Below, one piece after another: positions 11,965-25,310 of a stretch of 64,000 nt of DNA (within the stretch, counting starts at the first letter, position 1; every line of letters starts with the position of its first letter). Where the stretch lies: positions 47,802,001-47,866,000 of the forward strand of contig NC_043009.1 in assembly GCF_006345805.1 (NCBI RefSeq), in the 5' to 3' direction. The position numbers and the translations under genes were made by a program. The stretch comes from Octopus sinensis. Its lineage: Eukaryota. The notes under the pieces were generated by a model. It was not told the DNA's origin, ran no database searches, and was given only the letters and a program-made list of their open reading frames with translations.

Positions 11965-13185
11965 CTACTGTAGGTATAAGGCCCAAAATCTTTGGGGGTG
12001 AGGGGGCAGTCGATTAGATCGACCCAGTATGTAACTGGTACTTAATTTATTGGTCCCAAAATGGATAAAAGGGCAGAGTCGACCTTGGCAGAATGTAAAG
12101 ACAGATAAAATACCTATTTCTTTACTACCCACAAGGGGCTAAACACAGAGAGGACAGACAAACAGATTAAGTCGATTATAACCACCCCAGTGCGTAACTG
12201 GTACTTATTTAACCGACCCCGAAAGGATGAAAGGCAAAGTCGACCTTGGCGGAATTTGAACTCAGAACGTAGTAGCAGACGAAATACTGCTAAGCATTTC
12301 GCCCGGCGTGCTAACGATTCTGCCAGCTTGCCGCCTTCACAAATACTAATATTGCAGTGAATTTGATAGGGAAGTTGGTGGTAGTGGTGATGATGGAGAT
12401 TATAGTTGTGGCGATGGTTAGTCATGATGGTGGCAGCATAATTATTGATAATCCTTTCTACTAAAAGCACAGGACCTGAAATTTGGAGGGGGGGGGCTGA
12501 TTAGTCAATTACATTGACCCCAGTGTTTTACTGGTACTTAATTTATCAACCCTGAAAGGATGAAAGGCAAAGTCAATCTCAGTAGTAGAATTTGAACCCA
12601 GAATGTGAAGACAGATGAACCACTGCTAAGCATTTGACCCATTGTGCTAATGATTCTGCCAGCTCACCACCTTATACCAAATACTAATATTACAGTGGAT
12701 TTGATAGTGGTGCTGGTGGTTGAGGTGGTAGTTGTAGTAGTGATCATGGGGATTATAGTTGTAGTAACAGTAGTCATAGTGGTAGCAGCAAGATTATTGA
12801 TAATCCTTTCTACTATAGGCACATGACCTGAAATTTTGGGGTAGTCGATTACATCAGATCATGTGCTTGACTGGTAAATTAAGTACCAGTTATGTACTGG
12901 GGTCAATCTAATTGAGTGTGTCCCCCGCCTCCCTCAAAATTTCAGGCCTTGTGCCTAGAGTAGCAAAGACTATTCTTTCTACTATAGGTACAAGGCCTGA
13001 AATTTGGGAGAGGGGGATAGTCCATTACATCGACCCCAGTATTCAACTGGTACTTATTTTATCGACCTTGAGAGGATGAAAAGTAAAGACTACCTCAGCA
13101 GAATTTGAACTCAGAATGCGAAGATGGATGAAATGCCACAAAGCATTTTGCCCAGCAGGCTGGCGATTCTGCCAGCTCACTGCTT
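11965..13185 (-). mobile_element. cluster of SINE B copies (dimer 11965-12338, further copies, one short inverted piece ~12877-12970)
   Basis: B core seen four or more times; dimer junction at 12113/12114. Confidence 0.85.
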
Positions 13186-14079
13186 TCTATCCTTTTCCTT
13201 TTGTAATATCAATATTCAAACATATTTACTTGTATATTTACTCCAAACCCTTGGTATAACTAGGACTTCAGTGTTGAAAAGATAAAAAATATTACTAGTA
13301 GCTTAATTAAAAAAATATGATTTTATCATTTTCTTTATCAATCATGTATCCATTCAGCATGTGTATATTAGTTAAGATACTTAAGTCATCATCATCAGCA
13401 GCATTTTATGCCAATTTTTCATGCTGCTGTAAGTTGGACAGATCTTCACAATCCCTGTCAGTTCTTATTCAGAGACACTGTCCTCTTAGATACATCTCAC
13501 TTGTATATTCTAATTTGACATGGTTTACACAGCTAGATGTCCATCCTGACACCAACCACTTCACAGTGTACAAGGTGCATTTTGTTGTGGCACAAACACT
13601 AGAGAGGTAGTCATGTCCTTTACAAGACTTAAGAACACACTCCACCCTACATTTTCTCTATTCATACAGAATGTATTTTGTGTATTCTATTATGGTGCCA
13701 GCACTAGAGAGATCATCATGTCTTTGATTCATCTTCTCAATCCATGACCTCAACAAAATGAAGAATCTACCCACCTTACATTATCTCTGTTCGTGTACCA
13801 ATCACTTTGCAGAGTGTACTAGATACATTTTATGATGATGCTAGCATTAGCGAGCTTTCCTTCTCTCTTGCAAGACTAAGATATTTTCTTTACATTATTT
13901 TGATTTATTCAAGGTAAACATAGCTGAGAGTGTGAACAAAGCAGAGAATGATGACCAAGTGGGTGACAAGAGAGAGCATGAATTATGGTAGAAATAGATT
14001 GATAGAAGTGAGAGGGTGGTAGGAGAGGAAGAAATGGAAAAGAGACAATGATAAGTAGCAAAATAATGGATACTGGAAG

Positions 14080-14390
14080 ATGTGTGGCTTAATGGTCAAG
14101 GTATTCAACTCCCGGTCATAATCCTACAAGTTCATTTCCCAGCAGTGTGTTATATCCTTGAGCAAGACACTTTATTTCTCGTTACTCTGGTCCACTCAAC
14201 TGGCAAAAATTAACTGTACCTGTAATTTAAAAAGCCAGCCCTGTCCCACTCTGTGTCAAGCTCAATCTCCCTGAGAACTACATTAAATGTACATGTGTCT
14301 GTGGAGTACTCAGCCGTTTGCACATTTATTTCATGAGCAGCTGTTCCATTGATTGGATTATCTGGAACACTCATTGTTGTAACCAATGGA
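14080..14390 (+). mobile_element. SINE family D variant (D2)
   Basis: tRNA-like head plus TTGAGCAAGACACTTTATTTC core shared with family D; reverse copy at 45100-45440. Confidence 0.75.
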
Positions 14391-15563
14391 GAGCTAGAAT
14401 TGGATATTGGTAAGGAAAAGCTAGAATTGGATATTGGTAAGGAAAACATGAACAGCATGATGGGGGTAGAGCCGGCACAGACAACCATTACCAAGAAGTA
14501 AGTCACATAAAATAAAGCTCATCACCAAGAGGGCAGCACTACTAAAAGAATTCAAGGTAATTTTTCATTGGTATGTCATTCAGAAAGTACCACAGGCTAC
14601 AGAAGATTGATTTGAAAGACAGCCAGAGTGGCATGATGGGAAAAAATAGAGTGGGTGTGGGGATAGAGTGAAGTTTGGTGGTAGATAATGGAAGGTATTC
14701 ATTTGAAAACTGAAAATTATTTTGGCAATTCAGTAGTTGGAAGATGTGTAGAAAAACAAAGGTTAGAGAAGTGTTGCAAATTAAGATAGTCTTTATAGAC
14801 CAACTAAGATAAGAAATTTGATAAAACAACTGCAGTAGTGTTATTTTTTTTCTCATATTTTTCTTTTTTGTCTGCACAGTCAGAACTGGAACTAATAGTT
14901 CCCATGACTATAAGGCATGTATACCTTTCCCATTTCATAATAGATAATAGATTAGCTAACATTAAGTAGACATCAGCTATAAAGGTTGCACACAAATATC
15001 CATAGACATTAATCTACTCAATATATGCCATTAAAAACAAATATTAAAAATAAATAAATAAAATGGTAAACTTAGGTTAGCAGCTTAAAGAATGTCAAAA
15101 ATCTTTTTTTATTCAAAGGTTTTTGCAGCCATTTTTTTTTCTTTTAATAATTCTAATCTAAACTTTAGAATAAATTAATGGAGTATTAATACTAGGGAGA
15201 TCCTTTCTCAGTTCTAAGAATTTGTTTTTAGTTTTTAGCACACCGGAAAGGTAGTGCCCATGACATTTTACAGGAATTCCAAGACCTGTGGGTGGAATTT
15301 ATCCTCAACCTAAACAGCTGACCCAAATGCTTGCAAAATTATGGTGGTTTCCTATGGTGGCAAGTAGTGGGGGTTAAATGGGTGACAGTTTAAGCCTACC
15401 GCCCACATAGGCCATGGTGAAATGTGAGCTCAGAACACAAAGAGTTGAAATAAATACTACAAGTCATTGGTCTAATTTTTCTTAGAATTCCACCAGTCTG
15501 CCACTCCAGATTGGTACTTCTTTTATTGACTCAGAAAGTATGAAAGCCACCACTAAGTCTAGT

Positions 15564-15650
15564 CCTTGTTGTGGTGTGGAGGCTTACATTCCTCAATGAC
15601 CTTCAGAGTAACCAAGCAAGCTCTTTGTAGGGTCTCCCATGCTGGCAAGA
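15564..15650 (+). mobile_element. RTE-type LINE 5' UTR fragment
   Basis: CCTTGTTGTGGTG..CCTCAATGA..GGGTCTCCCATGCTGG resembles RTE 5' ends and the heads of 59355-59778 and 58958-59234. Confidence 0.55.
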
Positions 15651-15904
15651 AATGAAAGGAATATATTTTAGCTGATCCCAGAAGGAATGGATTTTGGCTA
15701 ATCTTGTAATCTGTCCCACCACAAAGTGCAGTTTCTGTTGCAGTGTGGTTACTTGAGTGCCTCAATGATGTTGAAATCTATGCCCATGGAGTGCAAATTC
15801 CTGGTAGCCAGTGATATCTTTTATCTTTTACTTATTTCAGTCATTGGATTGCGGCCATGCTGGAGCACCACCTCAAATGGTTTAGTCGAACAAATCAGCC
15901 CCAG

Positions 15905-15905
15905 T

Positions 15906-15938
<33 letters not shown>

Positions 15939-16520
15939 GTTTAGCGTCCGTTTTCCATGCTAGCATGGGTTGGACGGTTGGACGCTTCATCAGGCCCAGT
16001 CAAATCTGGCAGTGTTTCTACGGCTGGATGCCCTTCCTAACGCCAACCACTCCGTGAGTGTAGTGGGTGCTTTTTACGTGCCACCCGCACTGGTGCCAGA
16101 CAGAGCTGGCAAACGGCCACGAACGGATGGTGCTTTTTATGTGCCACCAGCACGAGGGCCAGGCGAGGCTGGCAACGGACACGAAACGGGGCGGTGCTGG
16201 CAACGGTCGCGAAACGGAAAGTTCTCTTACATGCCACCGGCACTGGTAACACATCTGCAATTTCCATTGATCGATTTCCATTGATCGATTTCGATTCTGA
16301 TCCTCACTTGCCTCAACGGGTCTTCACAAGCAGAGTTTTGACATGCCACCGGCACTGGTAGCACATCCGCAATTTCCATTGATCGATTTCGATTCTGATC
16401 CTCACTTGCCTCAACACGTCTTCACAAGTAGAGTTTTGTGTCCCATGCATACGTAGGCTGGCTCCATCCCATGTAGAAGGCCACGGGTTATGGACTCACT
16501 TGTCCTGCCGGGTCTTCTCG
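15905..16520 (-). mobile_element. SINE C, young copy with 3 internal modules and a ~95-110 bp tandem duplication (16229-16438)
   Basis: CpGs intact; about 140 bp nearly identical to 47220-47370. Confidence 0.9.
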
Positions 16521-16721
16521 CGCACAGTATATCTTTTAATATATATTTTACTTATTTCAGTCATTGGACTGTGTAACCTTTAAAGGTGTCACCCATTTCT
16601 CTTCTCAGGTGTTTAATTTCTGTAGTTTCCTCTCAGTGAAAAGCTCATTTATTCTTATAGTTTCTTTCCAGAACTCATTACCATCAATTTGTTTTGCTCT
16701 GGTCAATGATATTCAGTCCTT

Positions 16722-16929
16722 TTAAACCTTTAGCATTTAAACCAGTCACATCTGGCCCAGATATTCCATCTGTTTTATGTTCAAACTGGCCACATGTGGC
16801 CTCTCACACCTACTCTTCAATGTCATTCTAAAAATAAACAATCACATCATTGAAATCTCAAAGCTATGATAATATATGATTAATTCAAAATGATGTAAAT
16901 AGATAGGAATTACATGCTAAAAGGGTTAA
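16722..16929. mobile_element. piggyBac-type MITE (family 2)
   Basis: TTAA|ACCTTTAGCAT...ATGCTAAAAGGG|TTAA; partial copies at 44866-45060 and 59856-60060. Confidence 0.75.
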
Positions 16930-17642
16930 GCTTTCTGTTAATTAATATCTTTCAAATTAGTAGGCCCTTTTTTTTTCCTTCTTTGTGGTCCCTAATGCTA
17001 CAGTGGCCTCAAACCTTATTTGGGATAAAATAGTATAAAAAATTAATTAAAAATTAGTGAAAGTTAGAGACGAAGTTACCCTTGTACAGAAAAGCTGGCT
17101 TGAATGCCTGCAACATGGTAGGCTCTGCTAAAGGGGACCAAGGACCTGGGGGTGCTGCTAAACCAGCTTCACAGAAAAGAGATTAAGTCTACCACCGTTC
17201 AATAGTATTTGTTCTCATATAAACTAGGTTGAATGGCTTTATTACTTTGCAAGTTTAAAGCAATAAATATGAGTATCGAATGGAGACTAATAACTTAGTG
17301 ACAGCCAGATAAATTCTACAGAGACAGAACAAGAGAAAGAGATACTTATTAAATATTAAATATTCAAATTATATTAGAAAACTATCAAATATGATAAATT
17401 ACTTTTTGAGTCTAATTCTCTTTCTGACAGATTGTTAGTCCAAACGCAACAAACTATTCTTGTTTTCGTGCATAGGGTAATGAAGTAAATGTGAGCCACT
17501 TGAATAGCCGAAAGGGAGATAGGTTATTTGTAAGTCGTTATGTCTAAATGAAAGAAGAGGCAAACTATAGGAGATGAAAGATGATTTCTCCTTCATCGTA
17601 AATAACCCAATTAAAACTAGCCAATCCACCAACTTGCATTCA

Positions 17643-17691
<49 letters not shown>

Positions 17692-17930
17692 CTATGATGA
17701 TGATGATGATAATAGCTTCATCACTAGAGTAATAAAGGTTTAAATGAAGTTCATCAATCACAATGCACATTCAATAGGCAATTAATATGCTTGTAACAAG
17801 GCTATATCAATGTAGCCAAGAAATGAGTGGATGGGGGTCAATTCAACAGCATGCTATGGTAGGAAGTTAATCGCATTCATTAAGAGATACTCAGCATTAT
17901 TTATTACTTTATTAAACTGCTTGATACTTA

Positions 17931-17993
<63 letters not shown>

Positions 17994-18014
17994 CAAGAAT
18001 AGCAATAATATTAA

Positions 18015-18423
18015 TAATTATGGTTTCAAATTTTGCCACAAGGGCAGCCATTTTGGGGGAGGGGATAAGTCGATTACATTGACCCCAGTGCGTAACTGGT
18101 ACTTATTTAATCAACCCCCGAAAGGATGAAAGGCAAAGTTGACCTCAGCAGAATTTGAACCCAGAATATAGTGGCAGATGAAATACTTATTTCTTTACTA
18201 TCCACAAGGGGCTAAACACAGAAAGGACAAACAAGGACAGACAAACAGATTAAGTCGATTATATCGACCCCAATGCGTAACTGGTACTTATTTAATCAAC
18301 CTCGAAAGGATGAAAAGCAAAGTTGACCTCAGCGGAATTTGAACTTAGAACGTAAAGACTGACGAAATTCCGCTAAGCATTTTGCCTGGCTTGCTAATGA
18401 TTCTGCCAACTCACCGTCTTAAT

Positions 18424-18463
<40 letters not shown>

Positions 18464-18690
18464 TAATAATAATAATAATAATTTCTACTAAAGGCACAAG
18501 GCCATATATTTGTGGGGAGGTGACTAGTTGATTACATCGAGCCTGGTGTTTCACTATTACTTATTTTATTGACCTTGAGAGGGTGAAAGACAGTCAACTG
18601 TGGTGAAATTTGAACCAGAATGTAAAAATGGACAAAATGCTGCTAAGCATTTACCCAGTGTGCTAATGATTCTGCCTGCTTGCTGCCTTA
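18015..18690 (-). mobile_element. SINE B dimer (18015-18420), (AAT)n, SINE B (18480-18690)
   Basis: B cores; dimer junction at 18186/18187. Confidence 0.85.
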
Positions 18691-18796
<106 letters not shown>

Positions 18797-18958
18797 ACGA
18801 ACTAGTGAGTTTAGTTTAATGGCCTACCAATGTATACTATGAGTTTCTTTGCCCTAGGAGTCGGGAAGACACTCAGCAAGAAATGGAAGCAAATTTGAAA
18901 AAAGAAGAAAAACCCATAAATAATAATAATAATAATAATAACAATAATAATAATAATA

Positions 18959-19010
<52 letters not shown>

Positions 19011-19133
19011 TAAAATACTGCTGAGACCCCCTTCAGTCATGACTGACCATGGGATTGCACCTAGAAAGCTACCCTCCGAGGCACAAGTCCGGGCAAGTTT
19101 GTTTATGGAAGACCAGCAGTTGCCCATGCATAC

Positions 19134-19365
19134 CTATTTCTTTATTACCCACAAGGGTCTAAACACAGAGGGGACAAACAAGGACAGACATAGGTATTAA
19201 GTCGATTACATCGACCCCAGTGCGTAACTGGTACTTAATTTATTGAACCCGAAAGGATGAAAGGCAAAGTCGACCTCGGTGGAATTTGAACTCACAACGT
19301 AATGCAGATGAAATACCGCTAAGCATTTCGCCCGGTGTGCTAACGTTTCTGCCAGCTCGCCGCCT
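19134..19365 (-). mobile_element. SINE B monomer, full length, inserted in a SINE D
   Basis: 14-bp TSD TTGCCCATGCATAC at 19120-19133 and 19366-19379. Confidence 0.95.
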
Positions 19366-20584
19366 TTGCCCATGCATACCAGTAAATAAGATGATAGGGG
19401 GCTGAGACTCCTGGTGGTTTACTGTGCTTGAAAAGACACATCAAGTTAAGTAAAAGCATGGTTGCCCTTGCATACAGGCTCATCCCCTGCAACCCTCTCC
19501 AGCTGAGCATCCTTAATCTTGAGTGCATGTAGGTGCTGCTGCCACTTAAAAAGCACCTGTACTGGTGCTGCATAAAAGCACCCAGTACACTCTGTAAAGT
19601 GGTTGGCGTAATTTTATGTTAATTGATGTTCCAGACACCAGCTGAACAATGACTAAGTTATTTCTTCATTATCTTCAAAATCAACTGTGACAAATTCAGT
19701 GTTATATGGTGTATTTCAATAACATGTAAACACATCATACTATCACTACATGGTAACAAAAGGGTTAAGTTATAAAATTTAAAAGGCGTCCTTGACAGCC
19801 TGTCACCTATTTTGGCTTTTGTCAAGGACTCTCATCTATAAATCTTATACATTCTCTGCTTTATTTACACATTGTAATTTGCTGTAATTTCCTGGTGAAA
19901 ATAAACGAATTGAAATTGAGTGGTAAAACTGAAAAAATTCAAATATATTTTAGTTTTAAGCAAAAAAAAAATTAATAAATAAATAAAAGAAATCCAGCTT
20001 GTTTCATGTGGTGTTGTGTATGTGGAGAATGTAGGTGCCAATCAGAAACTGTAAAAGATTATATCCAGCAGGTATAGAGAAGAATACAATTAAAACTTTG
20101 TGCTGTACAAATGGTGTATTTAAAATATCCAGATGTGAAGTATATGTACTTCTGTACTGTTGGTTATGTTTGACAACAACACAAGAGGAATATATATGGA
20201 GTTAACAGGAAGTATTAAGATCATATGAAGCTGAAGTGAAAGGAGAGTTAATGAGTAAATGATAGCATTGTAAAAATACATTTATGTATTTGTTTTGCAA
20301 GATTCTTGATGTGGAAACATGAGTTGAAAAAGAAATGGCCATCTTTTGACAATAGATACAGGTGCTATTTATTTGATCCTCACTTTAGTTTTAACATTGA
20401 TTTTAGTTTATTCGTCTGTCAAAGTTCTATCGTCACACATTTTGTGACCTCTTCAACATCTCTCTGTCTCATGTGTCTCCTCTTGTCCTGCCCACTCCAT
20501 TTTGCCCTTCTGTGGTATGTGTCTCTCTTTCGCAGACAAATAAACTAAAAATGATAAAGTGAAGAGCAAATAAATAGTCTGTGT

Positions 20585-21012
20585 GTTTAATTAGCAAAAG
20601 ATGACCGTCCCAAAGTATAGTCTCTCTTTTTACTCTTTTACTTGTTTCAGTCATTTGACTGCAGCCATGCTGGAGCACCGCCTTTAGTCAAGAAAATCGA
20701 CCTTAGGACTTATTCTTTGTAAGCCTAGTACTTATTCTATCGGTCTCTTTTGCCGAACCGCTAAGTTACAGGGACGTAAACACACCACCATCGGTTGTCA
20801 AGCGATGTTGGTGGGGACAAACACAGACACACAAATATATACATATATACGACGGGCTTTCAGTTTCCGTCTACCAAATCTACTCACAAGGCTTTTGTCA
20901 ACCCGAGGCTATAATAGAAGACACTTGCACAAGGTGCCATGCAGTGGGACTGAACCCAGAACCATGTGGTTGGTAAACAAGCTACTTACCACACAGCCAC
21001 TCCTGTGCCTAT
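20585..21012 (-). mobile_element. SINE A, full length
   Basis: reverse complement of the family A body. Confidence 0.9.
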
Positions 21013-21199
21013 AGCAACATTGTAAAAATATTTATGGTTTGATATGACAGAGCAAAAGTTATTGATATAAAAAGGAAGAGTTAATAGTTTCTCTCTACTT
21101 TTTATACAGCATATCATGTAGAAATTTTCTCATGACATGCATCTGTTATATCTAATTACATCATGTTTTTACCACAAATTATCTGATACATGAAACCCT

Positions 21200-21725
21200 T
21201 TACTATATCACTACTACACATGTAAACAACAAATGGGATCATTACCCCATACGATTACTACATGGTAACCATAAAAAGGTAACACTACTCCATGTAATCA
21301 TTTGATAATATCAGTATTCCATGTAACTGCTATAGGACATTACAATTCCATCTGACTGCAACATGGAATCCCTGCACCATATAACTATTACAGCACTGTA
21401 TTACAATAACATGTAAACACATCATACTATCACTACCTCCATGTAATCACTACATGGTATCTCTACACCATATAAATACAATATGTATAACTGCCTCCAT
21501 GTAACCCCAATGTTGTCTCTACTCCATGGCTCCACTACATAGTATCTCTACACCATATAAATATAACATGTATCACTGCCTCCATGTAACCCCAATTTTG
21601 TCTCAACTCCAAGGCACTACTGCATGGTATCTCTACTCCATATAAAAAGAGAAGAGAGAGATCACTACCTCTATATAATGACTACATGGTGCCACTACAT
21701 CATGGTATCTCTACTCCATGTGACC
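21200..21725. repeat. degenerate minisatellite built of CACTAC/CCATGT(AA) motifs with an ~80-bp higher-order duplication
   Basis: 21447-21528 is similar to 21533-21613; ACTCCATG and CACTACATGGTATC recur. Confidence 0.75.
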
Positions 21726-22710
21726 ATTTTACAAATGTTCCACCATGTTGCACACAACCAATGCCCTTTCTCTCATACCCCAACTTCAATTTCCATTGAA
21801 ACCATACAATGGACAAGTAATGTTTGTCTATACCCAAGGTCTTATTTCATATTTAGATTGTATTTTCGTGAACAATAGCATCATTGGTTCAAGGTTTCTA
21901 AAGAGCTAATCATGGCATTTACTGTGTTTACAAGAATGGTAGTGGCAAGGGATTGTATGTGAGTCTGTGCAGCTTAGGAAAGAGAACCTATAAGTTTATA
22001 GGAGGGTAAAGAAACCAATTCTGATCATCAAGTGGTGGAGAAAAGCAAATACAAACACAAACACATAATAGGCTTTCACACAGTTTCTGTCTACCGAATT
22101 CATTCACAGGGGATATATATGCACATGTGTGTGGAGTGGTGTTTGTGTATTTGTGCAATGTGTGTGTTTGTGTGTGTTTGTAGTGTGTGTGTGTGTGTGT
22201 TTCCCTTGTCTTGTCATTGCCTGATGGTTGTAAGTGAGTATGACTATCATACAAGCAATGTTGTTTATTTTCAATCTTATGCAAAAAAAAAAAACATGCT
22301 TGAAATCAAAGAGAAATATTTAACTTGCTTGGAAACAAGTGAGGGTTTGCATCAGGAAGGGCATCCAGCCATAGAGCATTTGCATCAACAAATTTTATGC
22401 AACCCATGCAGGCATGGAAAAGTGGACATTAGAATGCTGTTGATGATAATGATGATAATGATATCAGTGTAAGATGCATATGTCATCATCAACACCACCA
22501 CCGTCACTGTCATCGTCATTATCATCATCATCATCATCAACTTACATCTGCTTCACCATGTTGGCGTGGGTTGAATGAATCTTAAAACAACTTGCTACTC
22601 ATCTGAGTATTTTATTGTCATCTGTTAATGCACAGCGACCATGTATATCTTCCTTGTATATCTCATTTCTTTCTTCCAGTGTTTTCCGATATGTCTATTT
22701 TTCGTATCAC

Positions 22711-22895
22711 AACAATTACCCCCAATAGGACCCCCCCCCCGACAGTAACTACCACCTCAGACAAGGACAATTACCCCTCTTGGTTAATTACCTCCTCTCC
22801 AATATATTAAGAAGTTTTAAATCCTTATCTTTTGCCCACAGGGGTAATTGTCCTTGGTGGGGTGGTTATTGTGTATGGTGGGTAACTGTCCTAGG
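22711..22895. mobile_element. foldback MITE-like remnant, family uncertain
   Basis: perfect 17-bp inverted repeat CAAGGACAATTACCCCT (22762-22778 / 22840-22856) plus outer degenerate repeats. Confidence 0.6.
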
Positions 22896-23823
22896 CTCCT
22901 ATTTTACCCATCCTCTACATTAGAACTGATACCCTAAAACCAAGGTGCCATGTAAAAAGCACTGGTGATGGTGCCACATAAAAAAGCACTCAGTACAACC
23001 AGTAAAGTGGCTGGCATTAGGAAGCGCATCCAGTTGAAGAAACCAACTCAGAAACAGACTAAGGAATCTGGAATGGCACCCCACTGGCTTTTGTCAGCTC
23101 CTGTCAAGCCATCCAACCCATACCAGCATGGAAAACAGACGTTAAATGATGATGACAATGATGATGATTTTTACAACTGAATACTTTTTCTATCATTAAC
23201 CACTTTAAAGCATGAATGGAAACATTTTATCAAGCGACCTGCACTAGGGACCTTGCCTTTGAAAATGTTGAAAATGTATAAGAGTTTCCTCAACATTTTC
23301 AATTTGTTCCTTCTTTTTGTTGTGCAGCATAGATTTTTTTCACAGCTTGAAACCCTTCTTAGCCCCAACCACTTTACAATATGGACTGGGTAGTTTTTAT
23401 TGTGCCACTGACATTACAGAGCTTATTTCTGATAATACTAAACATTTCCCTTTACCATGTATTGCTTTTATTCAATGCAATTATTTTTCAGCATAATCTT
23501 TACAGATGAATGCTGTTCTTATCCATCAACCACCATACAGCATGGACTAGTCTGAATACATTTTACTATGTCACCAAGCACAAGAGAGGTTGTCCATGGA
23601 AGGACTAAAGAAAGAGTTCCATCTATCAAATTGCACACTCAAAATATTGGTCAAACAAAGGCTGTAGTAGCGGACAAAGACATTTGGTCAAAATACCAAG
23701 CAGTGGGACCACACATTGATGCCTGCTATACACTAACATAAACTTTTACTATCTACTCCAGCATTCTAATATTATTACTGCACACTGAAATCATATCTGC
23801 TATCATGAGCTCCATTATATTCT

Positions 23824-23902
23824 AGTATATATATATATATATATGGATGTGTATATATATATGTATGTGTATATATATATGTATGTGTGTATATACATAT
23901 AT

Positions 23903-23961
<59 letters not shown>

Positions 23962-24053
23962 GTATATATATATATGCATATATATATATGTATGTGTATA
24001 TATATATATATATATATAATATATATGTGTGTGTGTATATATATATATATATA

Positions 24054-24097
<44 letters not shown>

Positions 24098-24108
24098 CAT
24101 ACACACAC

Positions 24109-24140
<32 letters not shown>
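23824..24140. repeat. compound (TA)n/(TG)/(CA) microsatellite array
   Basis: direct reading; accounts for the YIYI ORFs. Confidence 0.95.
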
Positions 24141-24141
<1 letters not shown>

Positions 24142-24201
24142 GTCTTTCTTCTCATCTTCTTTCATTATCCTTCTCATCTTCATCACCACCACCACCATCA
24201 C

Positions 24202-24237
<36 letters not shown>

Positions 24238-24924
24238 ACAATTATCCTCCACCCACCATTTGACATACAATAAACATGTAATTTCCATCAAATCATTGAA
24301 AAATGCCTGGAATACATCAATTTAGAAAATAGCAATATATTTAGCAGTTAATATATTTACTGTGAACATGGTGGTGGTGGTGGTGGTGGTAAGAGTGTTG
24401 GTGCTGAAGATTATAATGGTGGCATAGATTATGATGGTAGATGTGGTTGTGATTATGATGCTGTGAATGATAATGAAAATGGTTGTAATAATAATGATAT
24501 TGGTAGTAATAATGATAGAGACAGTTGTAATAATGATGATGATAAGAATATTTGTAGTAATGATGTATTTGTCTAGCCCCAGGTCAGTCCAAATTGAGCA
24601 GATCTATGATCAAAAACATTCCAACCAGGACCATTTTGTCTCATTTAGACTACATCAAATACATTATCTAACATTGATGCATGTGTGTCTGTGTGGTAAG
24701 AAGTTTGCTTCCCAACTACATGGTTCCAGGTTCAGTCCCACTGCTTGCTTTCTTGGGCAAGTGATTTCTACTATAGCCTAGGGACAACCAAAACCTTGTG
24801 AGTTTGGACTTTACCTTTCATCCTGAGGGGTCAATAAAACTACTAGTTGAGTTTTGGGGGTTGATAATTGACTAGCCCCCATCACCCCCATCACTCCCTC
24901 CCCAAATTTCAGGTTTACTCCATA

Positions 24925-25310
24925 TATTCTTTTATTCTTTTACTTGTTTCAGTCATTTGACTGCGACCATGCTAGATCACTGCCTTTAGTCAAGCAAATC
25001 TACCCCAGGACTTATTCTTTGTAAGCCTAATACTTATTCTATTGGTCTCTTTTGCTGAACCACTAAATTATGGGGATGTAAACATACCAGCATCGCTTGT
25101 CAAGCGATATTGGGGAGACAAACACACACACACATATATATATATACATATATATGATGGGCTTCTTTCAGTTTCCATCTACCAAATCCACTCACAAGGT
25201 TTTGGCCAGCCCGAGGCTGTAGTAAAAGACACTTGCTCAACATGCCATGCAGTGGGACTGAACCCGTAACCATGTGGTTGGTAAGAAAGCTACTTACTTG
25301 GCCACTCCTG
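24925..25310 (-). mobile_element. SINE A
   Basis: family A body on the reverse strand. Confidence 0.85.

Noticed and set aside
17079-17170. GC-richer minus-strand exon-like segment (GLAAPPGPWSPLAEPTMLQAFKPAFLYK)
   Set aside because: Bounded by GCTGG.TT / AAACCAGC inverted ends with GGGG-CC motifs; better explained as a decayed hAT-type MITE
19788-19829. 10-bp inverted repeat GTCCTTGACA/TGTCAAGGAC
   Set aside because: Short and isolated; cannot be distinguished from chance or a tiny TE relic
23775-24291. Long YI/IY/poly-M/poly-H ORFs (also 56775-57755, 17435-19200, 30246-31189)
   Set aside because: Stop-free translations of microsatellites
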